The notes under the pieces are model-generated. The model was not told where the DNA came from and made no database searches. It saw only the letters and a program-made list of their open reading frames with translations. Of a DNA stretch of 64,000 nucleotides, positions 56,001 through 64,000 are shown in pieces (within the stretch, counting starts at the first letter, position 1; every line of letters begins with the position of its first letter). Source of the stretch: Ostrea edulis (lineage: Eukaryota); contig NC_079172.1 in assembly GCF_947568905.1 (NCBI RefSeq), forward strand, positions 30,070,001 through 30,134,000, in the 5' to 3' direction. Both the position numbers and the translations under genes were made by a program.

Positions 56001-59000
56001 GGCGAGGTTCACTGATTTGACTGCTGATGAAATACAAAATTAATCAGAAGAAACGCTGACCAGAAACATGAAAATGTAATCATTAATTGGATATTGGGTT
56101 ATGTTTTCTTTTAAACTAGTGGATACGGTAAAAGTTCAAAGTCAACAAACCATGTGCACATATACATGTAGTAAAAACAAGCAAAATAAATGAAGGCAGT
56201 TATAGACCATGTCCTCAGACAACAGCTGTTTTGTTTGACCATCGAACGGATCTGAGGGCCAGTCAAACAATACAGCTGTTGTCCTTGAACCCAGTCAATA
56301 TCTTCTCAATATCAAAAAAATCTGAAAATTGAAAGGGGTCTTCCTCTGCCTAATCCAAGTATTATGTATAAAGTTTATGAAAATCTTTCCAAGAAATCAA
56401 GTTATTGTGTGCCATATGGTGGGGCCCTAATAATGTGATTAATAACACCATTTTATGGTGGGCCCTAATAATGTGATTAATAACACCATTTTAATGATCA
56501 TGAGCACCTTCAATATTTGTGTTTTCCATTATGATAGATGGCAGCAGTATTTGAACGATGACAATGCGAGTGGAACAGATAAGCAGCCAGTTTGCTATTT
56601 CTCAAATGTGAAACGATGCCCAAGTGATCTGGAAATTTGTCCCTCGCCAGCATCATATACCCTCAGCAGAAATCGAAACAGCAATACAACAGCAGGAGCT
56701 GCTCCTACAGTATCTGCAGCTAATGTCCACAGAATGTCCAATCTCTATCTGTCACAAAACTTACAAAATAGTCAGCAGAGTGCAACTTCGTCATGCTGGA
56801 CAAAGTCAACTTCCATGTCTGAATCTCATAATGACACATTGTTACAACCAACTTCATTGTCTGGAAATCCTACCATAAAACAACAGCAAACAGTAGCCAT
56901 AAAAGGGCTTCACGATACTGGAATTAACAATTCACAGGTACCACAGGAAAGTGATATAGAAATGACTCCAGTGCAAACACTGACAGGAAATCTTATTCCT
57001 ACCACCCCTCAAAACTTCGGAGACTATGCCCTCACCATTAATCCCATGAATTATGCAGATGACATTGTTTACCAGTGTGATCCAGCTTCCAATGTCAATG
57101 TGCCAAAGGATCAAGAGAAAACAGAAAGCATGGAATTTGGTTCCATTATGTCTAATGCAGTTAAGGCTCTGCATGGAGACCTGGATGTATACAATGCCGC
57201 TCCTGAACAGTATCAGTTATCTGAATACAACGAATCTGTGCCATACATGAATCCACAATTAGATGTTCCACCACTGTATGTGCAGCCCTCCGGATCAAAT
57301 GAGAACTGCCACATTTTCAAATATCAAGAGGAAAACAACAGACCCATTAAGAAGCGGTCGTACAAAATTATTGAAGGTCTCCTGGAGAATGAAGTGTGGA
57401 GGGCAAAGTTTTATCAAAACAAGTCAGCCTCAACGACCACCCAGTTACAGAATGTTGCAGCCTCAACGACCACCCAGTTACAGAATGTTACAGCCTCAAC
57501 GACCACCCGGTTACAGAATGTTGCAGCCTCAACGACCACCCAGTTACAGAATGTTACAGCCTCAACGACCACCCAGTTACAGAATGTTGCAGCCCCAACG
57601 ACCACTCAGTTACAGAATGTTACAGCCTCAACGACCACCCAGTTACAGAATGTTGCAGCCTCAACGACCACTCAGTTACAGAATGTTGCAGCCTCAACGA
57701 CCACTCAGTTACAGAATATTACAGCTTCAACACCTATACAGTTACAGAATGTTACTGCCTCAACGACCACTCAGTTACAGAACATTGCAGCCTCAATGAC
57801 CACTCAGTTACAGAGTGATACTGCCTCAACGACCACTCAGTTACAGAATATGGCAGCCTCAACAACCACTCTGTTACAAAACGATACAACCTCAACACCC
57901 ATTCCATTACAGAATGTTACAGCCTCAACATTCACTCCATTACAGAATGTTACAACTTCAACTCCATTACAGAATGTTACAGCCTCATTCTCAATGCCAT
58001 TACAGAATGTTACAGCCTCAACACCCACTCCATTACAGAAAGTTTCAGCCTCATTCTCCACGCCATTACAGAATGTTACAGCCTCATTCTCCACTCCATT
58101 ACAGAATGTTACAGCCTCAACACCCACTCCATTACAGAATGTTTCAGCCTCATTCTCAATGCCATTAAAGAATGTTACAGCCTCATTTGCCATGCCATTA
58201 CAGAATGTTACAGCCTCATTTGCCATGCCATTACAGAATGTTACAGCTTCAACATCCACTCCATTACAGAATGTTACAGCCTCATTCTCCACACCATTAC
58301 AGAATGTTACAGCCTCAACACCCACTCCATTACAGAATGTTACAGCCTCAACATTCACTCCGTTACAGAATGTTACAACTTCAACTCCATTACAGAATGT
58401 TATAGCCTCATTCTCCACACCATTACAGAATGTTACAGCCTCAACACCCACTCCATTACAGAATGTTTCAGCCTCATTCTCCATGCCATTACAGAATGTT
58501 ACAGCCTCATTCTCCACTCCATTACAGAATGTTACAGCCTCAACATCCACTCCATTACATAATGTTGCAGCCTCAACACCCATTCCATTACATAATGTTG
58601 CAGCCTCAACACCCACTCCATTACAGAATGTTACAGCCTCATTCTCCACTCCATTACAGTATGTTACAGCCTCAATCTCCACTCCATTACAGAATGTTAC
58701 AGCCTCAACACCCACTCCATTACAGAATGTTACAGCCTCATTCTCCACTCCATTACAGTATTTTACAGCCTCAACATCCACGCCATTACAGAATATTAGA
58801 GCCTCAACACCCATTCCGTTAGCGAATGTTACAAATGATTGTGTATCACAAGACAGGGTACAGATTCACAGTGAAGAAAGAGAAAACGAAGCAAGTTGTC
58901 ACACAGCAGTAAGGGACAATCATATAAGCGAGAAACATGATGACAGTAATGTTACTACAAATATTCTGCAAAAGGTCGACTCTGATGTAGCACACATGTC

Positions 59001-59766
59001 AGCTAGTCAAGCTGGGCCTTTGAATGAAACTCAAGAAACTGGTGAATACGTAGAACTGCTCCTAGGATTAAAAGCAGATAATGTGAATTCTATAGAACAA
59101 AATCAAAGCGAGACAACAGTCATCTACGACACCGAGTACAGCAAAGATAGTGGAAGTTTAAATGAAGAGGTTGCGGAACTAGAAGTCAAAAGAACAGAAA
59201 ACTTTGAGATTCTGGTGGAGACTAAACGTAACGACCATAATGGATCTAATTTGCAGTATGACATGGAGATTGGACCTGCAGAAAAATCAGGAGTTGACGA
59301 TGAAGAGGATTCAAGTAAAAAATATTCTGAGGTAGAAATTGTCATTGATAATGCAGAGGAGCTGTCTGTGACATCTTGTGAAGAAAAATATTACAGCAGT
59401 AATTTATCAGAAGCTGTGTCAGAAACCACAGATGATGGGGGTCCTAGAGAAGTTAAGGAAGAAGTTGTGAAAGACAATGTCTCTGAATCTTTACCTAATC
59501 AGGGAGAGAGCCTCAATTCAAAGAATATGGTGATTTATAGTAACATGCAACAAAATCCCAAAGATGATCATGAACAACTAAAATGCTCCAACAAGTTCGA
59601 ATGTACAGGAGATCATTCAAATTTGGAGTCAGGAGATGCCCCCAGAAGTGTAAAGGACATAGCTCTGGAAACAAAAAACAAATCCACTAGATCTATGAAA
59701 TCTGTAAATAAGAAGAGGCATCAATACAATTCACCGGTCCGTGCATCTAAAAGACATAAGCAATGA
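42156..59766 (+). CDS. SoxH: SoxH/Sox30-like HMG-box transcription factor, 8 exons: 42156-42591, 43735-43989, 50930-51436, 51550-51723, 51888-52140, 54269-54402, 54709-54826, 56538-59766 (5106 nt, 1701 aa)
   Basis: HMG VKRPMNAFMLWAR..NAEIS..LG..W..HRKDFPG|WVYQP resembles Sox30; all introns GT-AG with compatible phases (1,1,1,1,2,1,2). Confidence 0.85.
45059..45433. mobile_element. 375-bp near-perfect palindromic MITE, CACAGG termini, 8-bp TSD GATTTATG
   Basis: Arms mirror each other over most of the length; TSD at 45051-45058 and 45434-45441. Confidence 0.88.
47493..47620. mobile_element. 128-bp palindromic MITE, CACAGG termini, 8-bp TSD ATGAAAAC
   Basis: TSD at 47485-47492 and 47621-47628. 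Confidence 0.88.
48095..49393 (+). mobile_element. Helentron-type non-autonomous element with satellite units
   Basis: 5' TTTTTAGGTCACCTGAATAAACTCAGGTGACC; 3' CAGGTGACCGATAAGGCC..CTCTTGTT. Confidence 0.7.
49454..49550. mobile_element. MITE-like relic related to 10101 and 40209 (no TSD seen)
   Basis: CAGTCTGATTAAAACCAGA..TCTGGTTTTAATCAAACTG. Confidence 0.55.
50638..50846 (+). mobile_element. 5'-truncated 3' end of the Penelope-like retroelement
   Basis: Matches 10800-11005. Confidence 0.75.
52888..54010. mobile_element. Helentron-type element(s), degenerate
   Basis: TTTTTTAGCTCACCTGAGCTAAAAGCTCAAGTG start; satellite-like interior. Confidence 0.55.
57423..58830 (+). repeat. Coding 33-bp (11-aa) tandem repeat, ~42 units, in the last SoxH exon
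   Basis: ASTTTQLQNVA/T block followed by AS(F/T)(S/P)TPLQNVT block. Confidence 0.92.
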
Positions 59767-60999
59767 TTAAACTACCATTCATCACTAATTCTTCATATCA
59801 ATTAAGTACCGATGAAACATTTCATTTCTAGTATATCTCATACCTGAAATTCTAGGTGTGTTTTTTCTCTCTAGATTCTAACAAAGCTAAAAACATGACA
59901 CTGACTTTTAAAATCAATTTAATTACTGTGTAGTTGCAAAATTGTGAAAAGGACAATTCCAATATTTTTCAATCAAGTGTTATACCGTAAAACTTGAAAC
60001 AGATGAGTGTCATGAAGTATTTTCTGCATGATGATCAAATAAAGTAGTTCTTGTTTTTATCAATGTACAAAACATGTTTGAAGATTTTGCTATGAAGGAA
60101 ATAATCTGGTCATTAGTTAAAATGCACTATTCTTCATACATTGAATTGTAAAACACGGTTATTGCGATCCTCAAGGGTCTTCATTATATCCCATACAATT
60201 TTTATTATTTTTCTCTCATAGATATAAATATCACTTCTCAATAAGCGTGGATTCATTATAAGTGTGATCACTGAAGTGTGTTTTACTGTATATTCATAAC
60301 TACCTGGGCCACATTTAAAAATATGTTTGTTTCCCCTCTCCCGACCCTAAATTTCACATATGGGTAGGTAGGTAGGTAAAAAGTTTTTTTTTTCTACAAC
60401 ATTTTTTGTACTAAATTTCCATGGCAATATACTAAGACATACTACAAGGTAGTATGCTTTAAACCAATCAGTGAATACCTTTAATAGGATGACCTGTAGA
60501 AGTGTAATTGTTTGTTAATATTTGTCATTTTGTTGATGGTTGTCTCTTTGACAATCATATCACATCTTTTATTGTTTGTATTGCTTTCTGTTCGGAAATT
60601 AAAAAAAATGTCGCTGAAAAATATGAATAAAAACTTTTGGGTCGGCGGGAATTTGACTGGGTCGGTCGGGCGAGGGGAAACAAACTATCTTTTTTTTTTG
60701 GCCCTGGTTCATGCCTCAGATATTCAGACCGATTTTGATATGTTCAATATCTCCTTGTCAATACCATGAACAGTTGTTTGACAAGTATGAGGTTATAACC
60801 TTTATCATTGTCAAGGGTTCCAGTAAAACTCACTGTAACTTGCATGTTTTGTGAGTGGATAAGACTGTTTATATTGCACATTAATAATACATGTACATGG
60901 TTTTAATTATCGTTGCTTCTTGTTGGACAAATTGTCAACTTTTGTTGAGAAAAATTTTAAAATGTAGTTTTAATTGGGTTTACCTCATCTTGTTCACAT

Positions 61000-61157
61000 T
61001 ATGTAAATTATGAGTGATATCAATATCTACATGTATATGTAAATTATGAGTGATATCAATATCCAAATGTAAATTATGAGTAATATCAATATCCATATGT
61101 AAATTATGAGTGATATCGATATCCATATGTAAATTATGAGTGATATCAATATCCATC
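61000..61157. repeat. 30-bp minisatellite (~5 copies)
   Basis: ATGTAAATTATGAGTGATATCAATATCCAT. Confidence 0.85.
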
Positions 61158-64000
61158 TGAACAAGGGAAAGTAAAACTCAAAAGTATTAGATTTTCTACT
61201 TTTATATAAAATTTCAATATTATACAAAGAAATTCAACAGTTAAAATCAACAATGCTGATTATAACAAAATAAATTGATTAAGACTTTATAAAAGGTATA
61301 CAAAATTTCCCCACATATGTTATACTTCATTGAACATAACTGGTTTTTGCTGCCATATGAGAACATATCCTTGAACACATGTAGACAACTTATAAATCAT
61401 CACTTTGAAAAGTCACTATAAATGCAATGGAGCCAAAAAATCTCAAACCAAAATAAGATCGAGTTTTCACTTGAGGCCTGGATCTAATCTTGTGGAGGCA
61501 GGTTACTCCAATCAATGGCAGATTTCCCCTCCTTCTTCAAAAGTTCATTGCACTTGGAGAAATGTTTGCACCCAAAGAATCCCCTGTGGGCTGACAGTGG
61601 AGAGGGGTGGACACCAGACAACACATGATGCTTCTTCTGAAATTAAGAAGATGTGATTGATAAAGTGGACCTTTCAAATATATTATTGTTCACAACACAG
61701 GCCATGCTTTGACTCCAAACACAATCACAGACAAACTTTTCATTAAAATGACCCATGGTGCAAATACTGGTATGAACATCTATGTTCAAACTCTTCTCAA
61801 ATATTTCTGAGGAAGCATATATATATGTATATCTATTTTCCGTCACAGAGGAAACACCTTTTGAATCTGTAGACAATTACATGCAAGTAATTTATACAAC
61901 AACCCATGGTGCAAATATGAACATCCAAGTCCTGTCTCGTCAAGTTGTTGCTGAGAAACCAAATATCTCTTAATTGCCATGCCCCCTGACCCCGTGGGCT
62001 CTGGAGGCAATCCAAGCTTTTCCATATATCTACTTATAGTGCAAGTATGAAGCTTCCAACACTTACAAAATTATAGCTAAGGATAAATCAGATGACAGAC
62101 AAAAAGATGAGAGACAATATGTGTCCTGTTCTTCAGTCTTGACGGAATAGAAATGAAAATTATTTCTCTATTAAAAAAACCCTTAAGTCCTTTGTTCAAA
62201 TGCATTATGCTTCTTGCAATATTGATGAAAGCAGTGTACATACATAAATCTACATCTCTGAAACCTGCATATTGATTTTGGCGTTGACAGTTTTGATAGA
62301 TTTCACAGAATACATGAAACCAAATTATTTCTAGAAATGTTCACTAGCCCTACACAGCATGTTTTAGCATGTTCCACCTGCAGCTGAAATACGATGAGGC
62401 GTCTGACAAAGGTGGGTTGCTATCTATAGATAAATGTATTGTGGAATATCAATTATTTATGAATGCTCAGTCTTTGTGGGAATAATCAATTGCTCCCATC
62501 CTAAGAATTTGAAACAAAATACACAATTTGAAATAATATTTCAATGTAAAGAAATAAAACTGAAACTGAAAAATCTCGCACAAATCCATGAAAATTTTAT
62601 CTCATAATCCTCTGCAATATCTGAAGCTGAAACCAGTTTGCTGAATTGCTGTTCGTTGCAGTATTGATGAAAACACGACAAAAATCCAAGCATACTGGGC
62701 ACGCAAATACAAAACATCAGCAAATATACAAATGCAAGCATGTATCCAAAATCTTTCTCTGCAACTGATAAAACACCAGATTTTAACATATACATGTACT
62801 GAAAAGTAGTTCCAAGATAAAGGTAATCATTTCAGTATGCTTGCAACAAGGAATACTCATTCGAAATACTTAACACCTTTGATAGTGAGCGAAAGTCACG
62901 TCGCGACGAGCTCGCTCCAATGATTACACACGAGTCACGTGATTTGCTCTTCATCAGCTGAAAAATGGGGACTACCCATAATGCTTCCGAAAAAATGTCA
63001 CCGTCACTGCGGAATACTTCATTGTTAACCCCGTACATAAAACAAATAAATAGTTTGGAAAGTACCACAAATGATTTTAAATTTCAGACAAGCTTTCCCA
63101 TAGTTTTGTATGTTTTGTTGTGGATAATTGCTTGATTTGAAAGATAAACAGTCGCAGCTAATGATGACATCACAATGTACTGTTAACATTAACCGCGTTA
63201 TATGAATTGCCTCATGTCGTGTTGTAAGATGCTATGGGGTCTTCGCTCGTCTCAACGGTCACACCGTAAACATATTATGTCTAAAGGCTAATATAGAAAT
63301 TTTGAAATAGCAGATCGTGTTGAAGGAAAGAAGGATCATTAACTGAGGTGTTAATAACACGCTTTCCACCCAGTATGAATTTGACGCATTCCTTTGTTAT
63401 GTAGACATAACATAACAACACAAAATGGAGTCAATCTCATAAAGGTTTTGGGAGTTAAAAGGTCATGTTAGACACTGATTTCACATGACCAGGGTGTAAT
63501 AATATATTTGTAACTTTGAAAAGGAAGGCCAGCTCATTATTTTGCAATAACGAAACTAAACTGCATGTTTAACAGAACACATTAAGCCTGTTTCTATGGA
63601 AATGTGTCCTCCTGGTCTTCTGCGCTTGATTTGGATCATATTCGAAAATTGCCTATTTTTCGTCTCATGTGCTGATTAACTTGAAAAATTTACAGAGCTA
63701 TGAAGCGGGAAAGTACATGTTTGGGATTCATAGGTTTTGTTCACTTGCCAGTCTCGCTTTATATTACATCTAGAATAAACATGACATTGAACCTTACTCA
63801 TAAATATCGTGAAAATATTTCTAGCTGAAATTTTACTGGCACTTGTATGGCAGAAGAAGAAAAAACTCGGCCCAAAATTTCTACTCGGATGATGATCGAT
63901 ACTCTGGACAAGTTAGAGATATATTGTATTGACAGGTGAAACATTTAATTAAAGAAGACCCAAATTACTGTTACCTTGTCAATATGAGCTCCTTTTTTCT

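Noticed and set aside
56416-56493. 39-bp tandem duplication extending the 1103-aa ORF upstream
   Set aside because: Intronic; the real exon starts at the AG acceptor at 56537
57837-58814. 325-aa minus-strand ORF and alternate-frame ORFs
   Set aside because: Caused by the stop-free 33-bp coding repeat of SoxH
61380-63070. Possible exons of a minus-strand gene
   Set aside because: Fragments with some splice-like sites, but no consistent model or recognisable domain

Overview
AT-rich animal genomic DNA, most likely a bivalve mollusc (probably an oyster, judged from the Helentron-borne ~167-bp satellite, the SINE type and a SoxH gene). The centrepiece is an apparently intact, recently inserted 20,099-bp Maverick/Polinton (14964-35062). 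It has identical 338-bp TIRs starting AGTAGTA, a perfect 6-bp TSD (GACGGG), and open pPolB, ATPase, integrase, minor and major capsid and protease ORFs. It sits inside the spacer of an older ~1.25-kb foldback/Mutator-like element with a 9-bp TSD. Its accessory genes look like a host-countermeasure kit: an IAP (BIR+RING), a DP71L/ICP34.5/GADD34-like PP1 adaptor, four tandem probable Bcl-2-fold paralogs, an internally deleted macrodomain, a RING protein, a catalytically dead CRESS-Rep-like HUH domain and a double zinc-knuckle protein. The most unusual signal is that three non-histone accessory genes end in metazoan histone-mRNA-type 3' stem-loops. Two of these also carry a shared HDE-like GAAAAGAC element and a shared 26-bp promoter motif, which suggests the element uses the host SLBP/U7 pathway. 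Host genes are a RING-finger gene (minus strand, ~11.3-12.7 kb), an 8-exon SoxH/Sox30-like gene (42156-59766, 1701 aa) with a large 33-bp coding repeat, and a head-to-head two-exon orphan gene. Helentron-type elements, MITEs, SINEs, Penelope-like relics and minisatellites fill the rest. All family assignments are from motif recognition by eye, not database searches.
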